Below the pieces are notes generated by a model that was not told where the DNA came from, ran no database searches, and saw nothing but the letters and a program-made list of their open reading frames with translations. This document shows, piece after piece, positions 32,733 to 44,052 of a stretch of 64,000 nucleotides of DNA. A program made the translations under genes and the position numbers. The stretch spans positions 19,552 through 83,551 of the forward strand of contig MHFR01000037.1 of NCBI GenBank assembly GCA_001804285.1. Direction: 5' to 3'. Source of the stretch: Candidatus Danuiimicrobium aquiferis (GTDB lineage: Bacteria; Omnitrophota; Omnitrophia; Omnitrophales; Danuiimicrobiaceae). The first letter of the stretch is position 1. Each line of letters opens with the position of its first letter.

Positions 32733-33773
32733 ATGATCAAATTGAATCTTGTCATCGACCGCCTATTACTCGGAAAAGATCTAAGTGTCCGTGAAATGAA
32801 GGATGCTTTCCGCTATTTGTTTCTAACAAAAAAATCCAATCTCAATTTTGGCGCAACCGTGCTCCTCCTCCTGCAAAAAAAAGGAATCCATTTAAACGAG
32901 CTTTACGGGTTGGTAAAGCTTGTTCACGAACTGGAGCCACCTCTACGGCTCGGAAAGTCACTCACGTTAGTTGACGGCTGCGGCACTGGCGGAGATAACG
33001 CGCATACATTTAATATTTCAACGCTTGCATGTCTGGTCGCGAGCGGGGCAGGGGCTTCGATTGCAAAACACGGAAACCGAAGCATTTCATCTCAATGCGG
33101 CAGTTCGGACTTGATGGAAAGTTTGGGTGTTCGAATTGACGCGAGCCCAAAATTGATGCTTCACGCAATCGAGAAACATGGTTTCGGTTACTTTCATGCC
33201 CCGTTATACCATCCGATATTTAAACGGATTCAACCTATCCGACAATCTTTGGGCCGAAAAGGAATCAAAACTATTTTCAATCTCGTTGGACCTCTCGTGA
33301 ATCCATTACGTCCAAAACGGCAAGTCATTGGCGTTTTTCGAAAAGATTATGCCGCCATAGTAGCACAAACAGCAAAAAAAATAGGATATGATCATGCTGT
33401 TGTTTTTTATAATCTGGGAGGTTTCGACGAATTAACCATCTTTTCAAAAGCTTTTCTGTTCGAAATTAAACGCCACCAATTAAATCATTCGATATTCAAT
33501 CCTCGCGAATTGAAACTGAGATCCGGGAATAAAAACGAAATTGCGGGTAAAAATAAAAAATATAACACCCGACTCGCTCATCAAATCCTGCTTGGAAAAG
33601 TAAAGGGAACAAAACGGAACGTTGTCATTTTGAACGCAGCGGCAATTTTGTATGTCGCGGGTTTGGCCAAATCCATCAAGGAGGGATTGTCATTATCGGC
33701 GGAATCCATCGACAGCGGTTCTGCATGGAAATCTTTACAAAATCTGGTAAAATCAAGCCATGATTCTAGATAA
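32733..33773 (+). CDS. trpD: Anthranilate phosphoribosyltransferase
   Basis: CGTGGD, TFNIST, KHGNRS. Confidence 0.93.
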   Translation: MIKLNLVIDRLLLGKDLSVREMKDAFRYLFLTKKSNLNFGATVLLLLQKKGIHLNELYGLVKLVHELEPPLRLGKSLTLVDGCGTGGDNAHTFNISTLACLVASGAGASIAKHGNRSISSQCGSSDLMESLGVRIDASPKLMLHAIEKHGFGYFHAPLYHPIFKRIQPIRQSLGRKGIKTIFNLVGPLVNPLRPKRQVIGVFRKDYAAIVAQTAKKIGYDHAVVFYNLGGFDELTIFSKAFLFEIKRHQLNHSIFNPRELKLRSGNKNEIAGKNKKYNTRLAHQILLGKVKGTKRNVVILNAAAILYVAGLAKSIKEGLSLSAESIDSGSAWKSLQNLVKSSHDSR

Positions 33774-34572
33774 AATAGTCTGTTATAAAAAACGGGAATT
33801 ACTCATTCAGAAGCAGAAAATGCCACTCGCGCATTTACTCAAAATAGCCCGTCAACTCCCCCCTAAAAAACACGGCTTTATGAAAGCCTTGAACCGCAAA
33901 AAAGGGATTAATTTGATTTGCGAGCTTAAAAAAGCCTCACCCTCTCACGGGCTTATCCGAAAAAACTTCTCGCCGGTTTCACTCGCAAAAGATTTCGAAA
34001 AAGCAGGAGCGTGCGCAATCTCAATCTTGACTGAAGAACGTTTCTTTAAAGGGAGCCCAAAAATATTGAAACAGGTTCGCCGCAACACTAAGTTACCGAT
34101 TTTACGAAAAGATTTCATCATCGATCCTTATCAAGTCTGCGAAACATTCGTGCTCGGCGCAGATGCTTTTCTCCTCATTGCTTCGTTGTTAGACGACAGA
34201 AATCTGGAAATGTTAATCAGCCTTGGCGAATGGTTCGGTATGGACCCGCTTATCGAAGTCCGTTCCAAACACGAACTTAGACGAGCATTAAAAGCCGGTG
34301 CAAAAATCATCGGCATCAATAACCGGGATTTAAAAACATTACGCATTAATCCATCCTATGCAAAACAATTACTTTCATCCGTACCCAAAACAATCATTCC
34401 AGTCATTGAAAGCGGAATCGAGTCACACAAACAGATCTGCGAGTATTTAAATTTAAGGGTTAATTCTTTTCTCGTCGGAACTTCGCTCATGAAATCCAGA
34501 AACGTCAAATCGACGATCCTGGAAATGCTGGGCAAAACCAAAAAAGGAAAACCAAATAATGCCAAAAATTAA
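33760..34572 (+). CDS. trpC: Indole-3-glycerol phosphate synthase
   Basis: ELKKASPS, LRKDFI, GINNRDL. Confidence 0.94.
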   Translation: MILDKIVCYKKRELLIQKQKMPLAHLLKIARQLPPKKHGFMKALNRKKGINLICELKKASPSHGLIRKNFSPVSLAKDFEKAGACAISILTEERFFKGSPKILKQVRRNTKLPILRKDFIIDPYQVCETFVLGADAFLLIASLLDDRNLEMLISLGEWFGMDPLIEVRSKHELRRALKAGAKIIGINNRDLKTLRINPSYAKQLLSSVPKTIIPVIESGIESHKQICEYLNLRVNSFLVGTSLMKSRNVKSTILEMLGKTKKGKPNNAKN

Positions 34573-35194
34573 GATTTGCGGAAATACAAATTTCGATGAC
34601 GTCAAACTTGCGATTGATTTGGGAGCCGACTATCTTGGATTTGTTTTTGCGGAAAGCAAGCGAAAGATTGATCCCGTTGTTGCGAAATCCATCATTGGCA
34701 AATTCCCACATTTCAAAACCTTCGTCGGTGTCTTTGCGAATCAATCGAAAGATGAGGTAGCATCAATCGCAAACCTTTTAGGGCTTAAGTGGCTTCAGTT
34801 TCACGGAGACGAAACATCTCGGCATTGTGATTATTTTACTGATAAAGGCTTCAACGTCATCAAAACCTTCCGCATCAAGGATCGAATGAGTTTAAAACGC
34901 CTGGAGGAATATAATGTCGAAGCTTTTCTATTTGATACCTACTCAAAAAACGAACTGGGCGGAACCGGGAAAACATTTGATTGGAAAATCATAGAAGATA
35001 AACCTTATGTCCGGGAAAAATTATTTCTAGCCGGCGGATTAACCGTGGATAATATTGACGCGGCCCTGAGCACCATTAAGCCTTATGCCGTTGATACAGC
35101 CAGCGGAATCGAAAAAAGCATCGGACAGAAAAATCATGATCTGTTGAGAAAAATGATTGAAAAAGTCAAAGCCGTGCAGTATTCATACAAATGA
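34559..35194 (+). CDS. trpF: Phosphoribosylanthranilate isomerase
   Basis: KIKICG, QFHGDE, GGTGKTFDW, LAGGL. Confidence 0.94.
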   Translation: MPKIKICGNTNFDDVKLAIDLGADYLGFVFAESKRKIDPVVAKSIIGKFPHFKTFVGVFANQSKDEVASIANLLGLKWLQFHGDETSRHCDYFTDKGFNVIKTFRIKDRMSLKRLEEYNVEAFLFDTYSKNELGGTGKTFDWKIIEDKPYVREKLFLAGGLTVDNIDAALSTIKPYAVDTASGIEKSIGQKNHDLLRKMIEKVKAVQYSYK

Positions 35195-35218
35195 ACCTTT
35201 TAAAAAACCCATGAGAGC

Positions 35219-36397
35219 ATGATCACCAACGAATTTATAGACCGATTGATCCATCGAATCGATAAAATTGATAAAAAAAACCTGCAAAGTTATGTTCTCG
35301 AACTTGGACAGGATAGAAATTTTCTTTTCTCCCTGTTCGATCATATTCTCGAAGGCGTGATGGTCCTGTCGGCAAAACAGGAAGTCGTTTTCATTAACCG
35401 CCGGATCCGGCAACTCTTCGACCTGTCCTCAGAGCAGTCCCATGAGCGAAATTATATGACTATTCTACAGGACACCCGATTAAAAGCCCGCGTCCAATCC
35501 GCGCTGCAGGAACGGAATGAAGTTTCCCATGAAAACATTGAGGTTTTAATTCCACGTCCAATGCTGATTAAGTTATCGCTCAGATATGAAACCATCATGG
35601 CGAAAACATATTCTGTCATTCTCATCGAAAATATCAGCCAAAATGAAATTCTGATTCGCGAACAGTTTCAAAAAGAAAATTGGAAATCCATATTTGAATT
35701 GGCAGCGGGAATCGCCCATGAAATCGGCAATCCGCTCAATTCCATCAACATCCACTTAAAACTTCTTTCGAACAAAATACAATCCCTGAAACAAAAAAAT
35801 ACAGACCCTTTGACAAACGAACTCGCAATCCTCAGAGAAGAAACGAATCGCCTCGACGAAATCATCAGGAATTTTCTTCGGGCAACGCGGAAAAAACCTC
35901 TCAATTACGAATTGACCAATATCAATGATCTGATTTCCAAAACCGTTGACTTTCTCAGGCCAGAACTCAAAGAATCAAAAATTCAAGTGACACAACAGCT
36001 GAATGCCGAAATTCCGCTTTTTCTGATCGATCAGGATCGCATGCAACAGGTGTTCATCAATTTGGTTAAGAATTCTATTCAGGCTATGGTGCGCGGCGGA
36101 AAATTAAACATTCAGACGGGTTTAAAAGACAAATTATGTTTCATACAAATTCAGGATACCGGCGTCGGCATTCCGGAATCCAAACTTCCAAAAATATTCG
36201 ACGCCTATTTCACCACCAAGGAAGAAGGTAGCGGTCTCGGACTGATGATTGCCTATCAAATCATTTCGGAACATCACGGAAGGATCGAAGCCACAAGCAA
36301 GGTAAATATGGGCACTACTTTTCGAATCGTTCTTCCAATCCGAAAAGAAAAGCTTGAATTACCGCTTAATGAAACTTCCCAAAAAGGCAAAGGTTAA
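35219..36397 (+). CDS. Cytoplasmic PAS-domain sensor histidine kinase (NtrB-like)
   Basis: AHEIGNPL H-box, N-box, DTGVG, GSGLGL; no TM segments. Confidence 0.92.
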   Translation: MITNEFIDRLIHRIDKIDKKNLQSYVLELGQDRNFLFSLFDHILEGVMVLSAKQEVVFINRRIRQLFDLSSEQSHERNYMTILQDTRLKARVQSALQERNEVSHENIEVLIPRPMLIKLSLRYETIMAKTYSVILIENISQNEILIREQFQKENWKSIFELAAGIAHEIGNPLNSINIHLKLLSNKIQSLKQKNTDPLTNELAILREETNRLDEIIRNFLRATRKKPLNYELTNINDLISKTVDFLRPELKESKIQVTQQLNAEIPLFLIDQDRMQQVFINLVKNSIQAMVRGGKLNIQTGLKDKLCFIQIQDTGVGIPESKLPKIFDAYFTTKEEGSGLGLMIAYQIISEHHGRIEATSKVNMGTTFRIVLPIRKEKLELPLNETSQKGKG

Positions 36398-36399
36398 TC

Positions 36400-37770
36400 A
36401 TGGGAATGTGGGCAACGATTTTAGTCGTCGATGACGAAAAAAATACACGGGAAGGAATCAAACCGATTCTTGAGTCATGGGATTACGACGTTGTCCTTGC
36501 GGAAAACGGAAAGGCGGCACTTGAACTCATGAAGGAAGATTGCCCGGATATTGTTTTGGCCGATCTAAAAATGCCGGAAATGGACGGCATTGAATTATTA
36601 AATACAGTCAAACGCAAATACCCGCAGGTTATCTTCATTGTCCTCACCGCCTACGGCACGGTTCAAACCGCCGTTAGCGCCATGCAAGACGGTGCCTATT
36701 ACTATTTGACCAAACCGGTTAATTTTGAAGAGCTGGAATTAATTCTTAAAAAAGCGCTCCACCAAAGATCTATAGAACAAGAAAATGTAAATCTCCGCGC
36801 AGAGCTCATGCAAGAACGGCATGAAGCAGGCGAAATCATCGGGAATTCAGAGACGATTAAGAAAGCCATCTCAACGGCAAACCAAGTTGCACAAACTGAC
36901 TCGACGGTTTTAATCCAGGGCGAAAGCGGAACCGGAAAAGAACTGTTTGCCCATTTAATCCATTTTGGAAGCTCCCGCAGAAATCAACCGCTGATCACTG
37001 TCCACATGGCCGCGCTTACGGAGACTTTACTCGCCAGCGAACTTTTTGGACATGAAAAAGGGGCATTCACCGGGGCAACCGAACGCCGAGTCGGTCGTTT
37101 TGAACGTGCAAACGGGGGAACGCTCTTCCTCGATGAAATATCGGAAATTCCGGAAGGCATGCAGACAAAGCTCTTGCGCGTCCTTCAGGACGGCCTGTTT
37201 GAACGGGTCGGGGGAACAAAAACGATCAAAACGGATGTTCGTTTGATTTGTGCCACCAACAAAAATTTAAAGGACGAGGTCACAAAAGGGAAGTTTCGCG
37301 AAGACTTATATTATCGGATCAATGTTATTTTGCTTGAAATTCCGCCGCTGCGCAACCGCCGATCGGATATTTCGCTTCTGGTAGATCATTTTCTAAATTA
37401 TTTTACACGAATTAACCGGAAAAATATCGATGGAATAACCCCGGAAGCAAGCCAGGCGCTCAAGCAATATTCATGGCCTGGAAATATCCGTGAATTAAAA
37501 AACGTGATGGAACGCGCCGTCGTTCTTGGAAACAACGGAACGATCGGCCTTGAACAATTTCCGGACGACATCAGGCACAATCAACCCATCCGTATAGAAT
37601 CCGACGCAACAACCACGAAATCAGTCGAATCGATTCGCGGAATGGAAGATCAAATGATCAGGAAGGCTCTCAAGCAATCCGGCGGAAACAAAAGTATCAC
37701 GGCCAAACGTCTCGGAATTTCCCGCAGAACGCTTTACAGGAAAATAGAAGAATATAAAATTTCCGACTAA
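36400..37770 (+). CDS. Sigma54-dependent response regulator (NtrC family bEBP)
   Basis: REC domain (VVDDE, DLKMP), [22 protein letters not shown], Fis-type HTH. Confidence 0.95.
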   Translation: MGMWATILVVDDEKNTREGIKPILESWDYDVVLAENGKAALELMKEDCPDIVLADLKMPEMDGIELLNTVKRKYPQVIFIVLTAYGTVQTAVSAMQDGAYYYLTKPVNFEELELILKKALHQRSIEQENVNLRAELMQERHEAGEIIGNSETIKKAISTANQVAQTDSTVLIQGESGTGKELFAHLIHFGSSRRNQPLITVHMAALTETLLASELFGHEKGAFTGATERRVGRFERANGGTLFLDEISEIPEGMQTKLLRVLQDGLFERVGGTKTIKTDVRLICATNKNLKDEVTKGKFREDLYYRINVILLEIPPLRNRRSDISLLVDHFLNYFTRINRKNIDGITPEASQALKQYSWPGNIRELKNVMERAVVLGNNGTIGLEQFPDDIRHNQPIRIESDATTTKSVESIRGMEDQMIRKALKQSGGNKSITAKRLGISRRTLYRKIEEYKISD

Positions 37771-37965
37771 CCCGGTTATTCTCATCGTTTTTTTCACTCG
37801 CTGAGAATAACCGCTTTGGACAATATGGACGTGCTGTCCAAAGTTTTGCGCGCATAGACAAAACAGCGCGCAAAAGATAAGCCCTTTTGCGAAAGCAATT
37901 TAAATGATTTCCGCAAAAGCTCTTTGAGCGCATTTCTCATCCCTAAAGATGAGAAATGCGGGCTA
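37768..37965 (+). repeat. ~195-nt six-hairpin repeat element, divergent full copy
   Basis: TAACCCG...CGGGCTA ends, conserved GATAAGCCC linker, same hairpin order as 47135 and 50620 copies; TAA is the regulator stop codon. Confidence 0.88.
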
Positions 37966-38073
37966 ATACTGGCACGCCAGTGTATCGATATGGCCCACTG
38001 CACATATCTTATCAATAAGTTTTTTGATGGACATTGCAAGTCGTTTCTTAATAACAAGTTATACTAGCAATAA

Positions 38074-38100
38074 AATCAATTGTTTGGCACGGAAATTGAT
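38074..38100 (+). promoter_or_regulatory. Putative sigma54 (-24/-12) promoter with IHF-consensus site upstream of dnaK
   Basis: TGGCAC-GGAAA-TTGAT at 38085-38100 (GA rather than GC at -12); AATCAA-TTGT-TTG at 38074-38086 fits WATCAANNNNTTR. Confidence 0.5.
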
Positions 38101-38159
38101 GTACTGAAGATAGAAATTGAAATCATTTACAACAATTTAATAAAAACAGGAGAATTAAA

Positions 38160-40082
38160 ATGGCAAAAATCATCGGAATTGATTTAGGAACTACGAATTC
38201 ATGCGTCGCAATCATGGAAGGATCTGAACCCAAAGTGATCCCAAACGTTGAAGGAAATCGAACAACCCCTTCTGTCGTTGCACTCACTAAACAGGGAGAA
38301 AGACTGGTAGGACAAACAGCCAAGCGTCAGTCTATCACAAATCCGGATCGTACCATTTTCAGCGCAAAGCGTTTTATCGGACGCCGCTACAACGAAGTTT
38401 CGGAAGAAATTAAACTGGTTCCATATAAAGTTGAATCCGGAAAAAATGCGGACGTGGTTTTTAATATCGACGGCCGCAATTATACGCCGCCTGAAATTTC
38501 TGCGATGGTGCTTCAAAAATTGCGTTCAGACGCCGAAGCTTTTTTGGGCGAAAAAATCACAAAAGCCGTCATTACCGTTCCGGCCTATTTCAACGATTCA
38601 CAGCGCCAGGCAACGAAAGATGCAGGACAAATCGCCGGTTTAGAAGTGTTGCGGATTATCAATGAGCCTACAGCCGCCGCACTCGCGTATGGATTGGATA
38701 AGAAAAAAGACGAGCGGATCGCTGTTTACGATCTCGGAGGCGGAACTTTTGATATCTCCATTCTTGAAATCGGTGAAGGCGTCTTTGAAGTCAAAGCCAC
38801 CAATGGCGACACACATCTCGGCGGCGATGACTTTGATCATTGTGTTATGGATTGGCTTACCAGCGAATTTAAAAAATCAGAAGGAATCGATCTTTCAAAA
38901 GACCGGATGGCGCTGCAACGTCTGCGTGAGTCGGCAGAAAAAGCAAAATGCGAACTTTCAACCGCAGAAACCACCGAAATCAATTTGCCATTTATCACGG
39001 CAGATGCTTCCGGACCAAAACATTTGGTCATGACACTGACGCGGGCGAAACTTGAGCAATTGGTTCAGGCCCTCATTGATCGCACCGTTGGCCCTTGTGA
39101 ACGCTGCATGAAAGACGCCGGCGTAACACCGGACCAAATCGATGAAGTGGTTTTGGTGGGCGGGCAAACCCGCATGCCGGCTGTCCAACTCCTTGTGAAA
39201 AAACTATTCGGAAAAGAACCGCACAAGGGAGTCAATCCTGATGAAGTGGTCGCGATTGGCGCCGGTATTCAGGCCGGGGTCCTCGGAGGAGATGTCCGTG
39301 ACGTATTACTTCTCGATGTCACTCCGCTCTCCCTCGGAATTGAAACATTGGGCGGGGTCATGACAAAATTAATCGAACGGAATACAACAATCCCGACTAA
39401 AAAGTCAGAAATCTTTTCAACGGCGGCAGACAATCAAACAGCTGTTACCGTCAAAGTACTTCAGGGTGAGCGGCAAATGGCCGCGGACAGCCGAACACTC
39501 GGACTTTTTAATCTCGAAGGAATTCCGCCGGCCCCTCGCGGTATTCCGCAGGTTGAGGTCACCTTCGATATTGACGCAAATGGAATTGTGCATGTTTCAG
39601 CCAAAGATCTCGGAACAGGCAAAGAACAGAAAATCAGAATCGAATCATCTTCCGGGCTTTCGAAAGATGATGTTGATAAACTCATAAAAGAAGCTCAATC
39701 ACACGCGGACGATGATAAGAAAAAACAAGAGTTAGTCCAAAGCAGAAATGAACTGGACAATTTAATTTATCAGTGCGAAAAATCACTTAAAGACTACGGC
39801 AGCCAAATCTCAGGCGAAGAAAAATCAAAGATTGAAGACGCCGTCAAAGATGCCCGTAAATCTTTAGATTCAAATGATGCTGAGAGCATGAAACAGGCTA
39901 AAGAAAAACTGGCAACAGCTTCTCATGTCATCGCACAAAAAATGTATGAAGAGGCCGCTAAGAAAAAAACGGCAGAGACCGGAAAAACACCGGACTCCGA
40001 AGGCCAAGAAAAAAAGAAAGACAAAGGCGACGCGGTAGATGCCGATTACGAAGTTGTGGATGACGATGATAAGAAGAAGTAA
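38160..40082 (+). CDS. dnaK: Chaperone DnaK (Hsp70)
   Basis: [36 protein letters not shown]. Confidence 0.98.
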   Translation: MAKIIGIDLGTTNSCVAIMEGSEPKVIPNVEGNRTTPSVVALTKQGERLVGQTAKRQSITNPDRTIFSAKRFIGRRYNEVSEEIKLVPYKVESGKNADVVFNIDGRNYTPPEISAMVLQKLRSDAEAFLGEKITKAVITVPAYFNDSQRQATKDAGQIAGLEVLRIINEPTAAALAYGLDKKKDERIAVYDLGGGTFDISILEIGEGVFEVKATNGDTHLGGDDFDHCVMDWLTSEFKKSEGIDLSKDRMALQRLRESAEKAKCELSTAETTEINLPFITADASGPKHLVMTLTRAKLEQLVQALIDRTVGPCERCMKDAGVTPDQIDEVVLVGGQTRMPAVQLLVKKLFGKEPHKGVNPDEVVAIGAGIQAGVLGGDVRDVLLLDVTPLSLGIETLGGVMTKLIERNTTIPTKKSEIFSTAADNQTAVTVKVLQGERQMAADSRTLGLFNLEGIPPAPRGIPQVEVTFDIDANGIVHVSAKDLGTGKEQKIRIESSSGLSKDDVDKLIKEAQSHADDDKKKQELVQSRNELDNLIYQCEKSLKDYGSQISGEEKSKIEDAVKDARKSLDSNDAESMKQAKEKLATASHVIAQKMYEEAAKKKTAETGKTPDSEGQEKKKDKGDAVDADYEVVDDDDKKK

Positions 40083-41024
40083 ATGATCGGTTTTCATCAC
40101 CAAGGCGTAACAAAGCAGAATAAAACTTTCCGGTTTGGTGCGCTTTTATCAAAAACCGGGCGCGGAAGTTTTATTCTGCTTGTTTACTTTTTTATCTGCT
40201 TCTGCTCCCGCTCCACATTTGCAGCAAATAATGATACCTCTTCGGGTGTTACCATCATAAGGCAACCGGAACAAACATACTATATAACCGACGAAATAAT
40301 CTATGAAATATCGATCCGCTGGGATTCGAAACTAAACGAATCGCGGATGTCTTCGCCACGAATGAATCTTGAAAATCTCGTATTCGTAGGCGCCCGGCAA
40401 TCAACACAATCCACATCGGGAACAGGCGCCCCTCCGGAACAAATCTTTCAATTTTCTTTTAAAGGCAATCAAACCGGCCGCGCCGCCATTCGTAAACTTG
40501 AACTTGAGTTTTTTTCAGGACAGGGCGCGGAAGTGACAAGATTTCAAATACCACCCGTTGAATTGGAAATTAAAAGTGATTTCCGTTTGATCATTCGAAC
40601 AATTTTTATCGCTATCGCTGGAATCATTGTTCTCTTCTCAAGCATAATGCTTTTTCGGAAAAAATTTTATCGCAAACCCGCCGCTTCAAAAACAACGCCG
40701 GAAGAAGATATCTGCGGCCAATTAGCCCGGCTCAAAATCGAACTAACCTCAGCGCAGAAACCTGACCGGATTTTGAAATATCTCGTGTCAGTCACTGAAG
40801 ATTATCTTCTTAAAAAATTGGATTGGAAAGCGCGGCGGGATAGCTATAATCTACTAAAAAGCAAGGCGGCCGAAACATGGTCTAAAAAAGAAGCGCAAAC
40901 ATGGCATGATTTCATGAAAAAGCTCGAAGATTACCGGTATTCGGGAAAAACATGCGGCAGGGAAGAGATTAATGAATTATTGAACACCATCAACTCGTTC
41001 ATTCGAACCGAACGTTCGTTATAA
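40083..41024 (+). CDS. BatD-like exported/membrane protein
   Basis: Signal-like segment, Ig-like beta region, TM helix, cytoplasmic helical tail; similar architecture to 43060-44052; true start may be downstream. Confidence 0.6.
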   Translation: MIGFHHQGVTKQNKTFRFGALLSKTGRGSFILLVYFFICFCSRSTFAANNDTSSGVTIIRQPEQTYYITDEIIYEISIRWDSKLNESRMSSPRMNLENLVFVGARQSTQSTSGTGAPPEQIFQFSFKGNQTGRAAIRKLELEFFSGQGAEVTRFQIPPVELEIKSDFRLIIRTIFIAIAGIIVLFSSIMLFRKKFYRKPAASKTTPEEDICGQLARLKIELTSAQKPDRILKYLVSVTEDYLLKKLDWKARRDSYNLLKSKAAETWSKKEAQTWHDFMKKLEDYRYSGKTCGREEINELLNTINSFIRTERSL

Positions 41025-41072
41025 TAGTCTAAATTATATTTTACGTTTCCATCACATAAAACTGGAGGACTC

Positions 41073-42062
41073 ATGGAACCAAATATCAAAGAACTTTCCG
41101 AACAAATCAAGGAAGCCCAAAAAAGCATTGACATCCTGTGCCGCGAAATAGGAAAAGTAATCGTCGGTCAAAAATATTTAATGGACCGGCTCATTGTCGG
41201 CCTGCTTGCAGACGGCCATATCCTCATTGAAGGTGTTCCGGGACTCGCTAAAACGATGTCCGTTCGAACCCTGTCTCAAGCCATTCAGGCAAAATTCCAG
41301 CGAATTCAATTCACCCCCGACCTATTGCCCGCAGACTTAATCGGAACGCTGGTATATAGCCCCAAGGATGGCAGTTTTTCGACCAAAAAGGGCCCTATTT
41401 TCGCAAATATCATCCTCGCTGATGAAATTAACCGTGCCCCATCCAAAGTCCAAAGTGCGCTTCTTGAAGCCATGCAGGAGCATCAAGTGACGATCGGGGA
41501 AAACACCTTTAAACTCCCTGAACCGTTTCTTGTGCTCGCGACTCAAAACCCGATTGAACAGGAAGGCACCTATCCGCTTCCTGAAGCTCAGGTGGACCGT
41601 TTCATGATGAAATTAATCGTAGATTATCCAAATAAAAATGAGGAGAAAGAGATTCTCAATCGGATGTCAACCGGATTTCCGATTGAAGTTTCTCCGGTTG
41701 TCGACTCTCAAAAAATTCTCGAATTGAGAAAACTTGTCAACCAAATTTATATCGACGAAAAAGTAAAGGATTACATAGTCGATTTGGTTTTTGCGACACG
41801 TTTTCCGGCGCAATACAAACTCGAAAATCTAAAGCCCTTGATTTCTTATGGCGCTTCACCGCGCGCAAGCATTATGCTAACTGTCGCCGCAAAAGCGCAT
41901 GCTTTTCTTCAGGGAAGAGGGTATGCCACCCCGGAAGACGTGAAATTAATCGGAAACGACGTTCTGCGACACAGAATTCTTGTCACTTACGAAGCGGAAG
42001 CAGAAGGAATGACTTCTGAAAAAATCATTGAACAGATTTTTGATCAAGTTGAGGTCCCGTAA
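41073..42062 (+). CDS. MoxR family AAA+ ATPase
   Basis: EGVPGLAKT, RIQFTPDLLPAD, ADEINRA, ATQNPIEQEGTYPLPEAQ.DRF. Confidence 0.96.
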   Translation: MEPNIKELSEQIKEAQKSIDILCREIGKVIVGQKYLMDRLIVGLLADGHILIEGVPGLAKTMSVRTLSQAIQAKFQRIQFTPDLLPADLIGTLVYSPKDGSFSTKKGPIFANIILADEINRAPSKVQSALLEAMQEHQVTIGENTFKLPEPFLVLATQNPIEQEGTYPLPEAQVDRFMMKLIVDYPNKNEEKEILNRMSTGFPIEVSPVVDSQKILELRKLVNQIYIDEKVKDYIVDLVFATRFPAQYKLENLKPLISYGASPRASIMLTVAAKAHAFLQGRGYATPEDVKLIGNDVLRHRILVTYEAEAEGMTSEKIIEQIFDQVEVP

Positions 42063-42090
42063 TTAAACCGGCTTTACCATAGGCTCATGC

Positions 42091-42165
42091 TAACCCGCCT
42101 TTCTCATCGATTTTGTAAATCGACGAGAAAGGCGCTTCGGGCATAATCAGTTGCGCCCAAAGTTT
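42091..42165 (+). repeat. ~195-nt repeat element, 5' half only (hairpins 1-2)
   Basis: TAACCCGCCTTTCTCATCGATTTTGTAAATCGACGAGAAAGGCG..GCCCAAAGTTT, closely similar to start of 47135 copy with compensatory CGCC/GGCG change. Confidence 0.88.
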
Positions 42166-42181
42166 CCTGAAAAGAGGATCG

Positions 42182-43063
42182 ATGGATATCAAGCTTAGCC
42201 AAATTCTCGATCAAGTTAAACAGATCGAAATTAAATCAACCCGGCTCGTCAATGAAATCTTTGCTGGCGAATATCAATCCGTCTTTAAAGGCCGGGGCAT
42301 GGAATTTGCCGAGGTCCGTGAATATGTTCCCGGCGATGATATCCGAACCATCGATTGGAATGTCACCGCAAGATCTCAACATCCGTTTATCAAAAAATTT
42401 ATCGAGGAACGGGAACTTACCGTTATTTTCGTGGTGGATGGATCCCGTTCACTTTATTTCGGTTCCACAGAAAAAATGAAAGCAACTCTCGCCGCTGAAA
42501 TCGCCGCGCTTCTTGCCTTTTCAGCCGTCAAAAACCATGACAAAGTCGGACTTTTGATTTACACCGATACCATTGAAAAATTTCTGCCCCCCAAGAAGGG
42601 AAAAAGCAATGTTCTTCGAGTCGTCCGTGAAGTGCTTTACCATCAACCAACGGGCAAGCAAACAAACTTAAAAATCGCACTGGAATATCTCAACCAAACG
42701 GTTAAACGAAATGCCGTCGTCTTCGTCATTTCCGACTTCATCGACCATGGCTATGAACAAGCACTGAAAATCGCAAACCGCAAACACGACTTAATCGCCA
42801 TTCAAATCATCGATCCGCGCGAACAAAAACTGCCTCCTTGCGGTTGGATTGAAATGGAAGACGGGGAAACCAGCGAGCGAGCGCTGGTCAACACACAAGA
42901 TAAGCGTTTTCGTGACGACTACGAAAAAGTCTGTTTAAAGCGGGAAGCTAAAACCGATTACTTGTTTAAATTGATGGGCATCGACTCCGTTAAAATTATC
43001 GCAGGAACTTCGTATGTGCATCCGTTGGTTAAATTTTTTCGCCGGCGGGAGAAGCGGCTATGA
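42182..43063 (+). CDS. DUF58 domain protein (MoxR-associated)
   Basis: G.GMEF.EVREY.PGDDIR.IDWNVTAR, EERE, ISDF. Confidence 0.94.
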   Translation: MDIKLSQILDQVKQIEIKSTRLVNEIFAGEYQSVFKGRGMEFAEVREYVPGDDIRTIDWNVTARSQHPFIKKFIEERELTVIFVVDGSRSLYFGSTEKMKATLAAEIAALLAFSAVKNHDKVGLLIYTDTIEKFLPPKKGKSNVLRVVREVLYHQPTGKQTNLKIALEYLNQTVKRNAVVFVISDFIDHGYEQALKIANRKHDLIAIQIIDPREQKLPPCGWIEMEDGETSERALVNTQDKRFRDDYEKVCLKREAKTDYLFKLMGIDSVKIIAGTSYVHPLVKFFRRREKRL

Positions 43064-44052
43064 TTCAATCAAAAGCCGGTATAAGATACTTCTTCGGTTT
43101 CATTTTATTTCTGCTCATAAATTCGACGTTTATTTTTGCTGACGATATTTCGCTTAAAACCGAAATTGACAAAGCGTTCATGACCATCGGCGATAAAGTC
43201 CACTTCAAAATCACCGCATCTCACCCCAAAAATATTCAAATACTGAATTTTGATATGAGCATCGCCCTGAGCGATTTTGAAGTGAAAGAAATAAAAGATT
43301 TTTCAATTGAGGAAAAAGGCCTGATCCAAGAAGGCAGAGAAGCCATCCTCACTAATTTCACACTCGGAGAATATGTCATTCGCCCCGTTCAGGTTCAATA
43401 TCGGGATACAAAAGGGGAGACAAAAACCATTCAATCACACCAGTTATACCTCACCGTGCAAAGTACAAATCAAAAAATGGATCCTGCAAGTGATATTCGA
43501 GGAATCAAAGGTGTCCTCAACATCAAAACAAGCCCATGGATTTGGATTGTGCCTACTGTCATTCTCATGACCGTTATTTTAAGCCTTCTGATTAGACATT
43601 ATCTCGTGAAACGCTCGTTCTTGGGCGCAGGCAAAGAGGAATCGCTTTTATCTCCGTCTGATGAAGCATTCAGGGCACTCGCAGAATTGGAACTCACAGA
43701 TTGGCTTAAACGAAATGAATTCAAACGCTATTTTTTTCGCCTATCCGAAATTGTTCGGAAATATCTCGAACGGCGATATCAAATGCCCGCTTTAGAATCG
43801 ACCACCAGCGAAGTCAGCCGTTCGCTCTCTCGAATCAAAGAACAATGCAACCCGGAAAACACAAAATCGATTGTTGATTTGCTCGAATTCTGTGATTTGG
43901 TTAAGTTCGCGAAATATATTCCGTCCCCGATAGAAATGGTCCACAAAAACAAACAAGCGAAAGCCATCGTTGAAAAGACAAAAGAAATACCAGCCGAAAA
44001 CGTTCAGAGCGAAAGCGAAAAACAATTTCCGGGAGAGGAGAAAAAACTATGA
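43060..44052 (+). CDS. BatD-like membrane-anchored protein
   Basis: Signal peptide, D...IGD, DI..IK, TM, LS..VR.YLE.RY..PALE.TT.E, DLVKFAKY. Confidence 0.75.
   Translation: MIQSKAGIRYFFGFILFLLINSTFIFADDISLKTEIDKAFMTIGDKVHFKITASHPKNIQILNFDMSIALSDFEVKEIKDFSIEEKGLIQEGREAILTNFTLGEYVIRPVQVQYRDTKGETKTIQSHQLYLTVQSTNQKMDPASDIRGIKGVLNIKTSPWIWIVPTVILMTVILSLLIRHYLVKRSFLGAGKEESLLSPSDEAFRALAELELTDWLKRNEFKRYFFRLSEIVRKYLERRYQMPALESTTSEVSRSLSRIKEQCNPENTKSIVDLLEFCDLVKFAKYIPSPIEMVHKNKQAKAIVEKTKEIPAENVQSESEKQFPGEEKKL

Noticed and set aside
37970-37985. Second sigma54-like motif TGGCACGCCAGTGTAT
   Set aside because: The -12 element does not resemble TTGC
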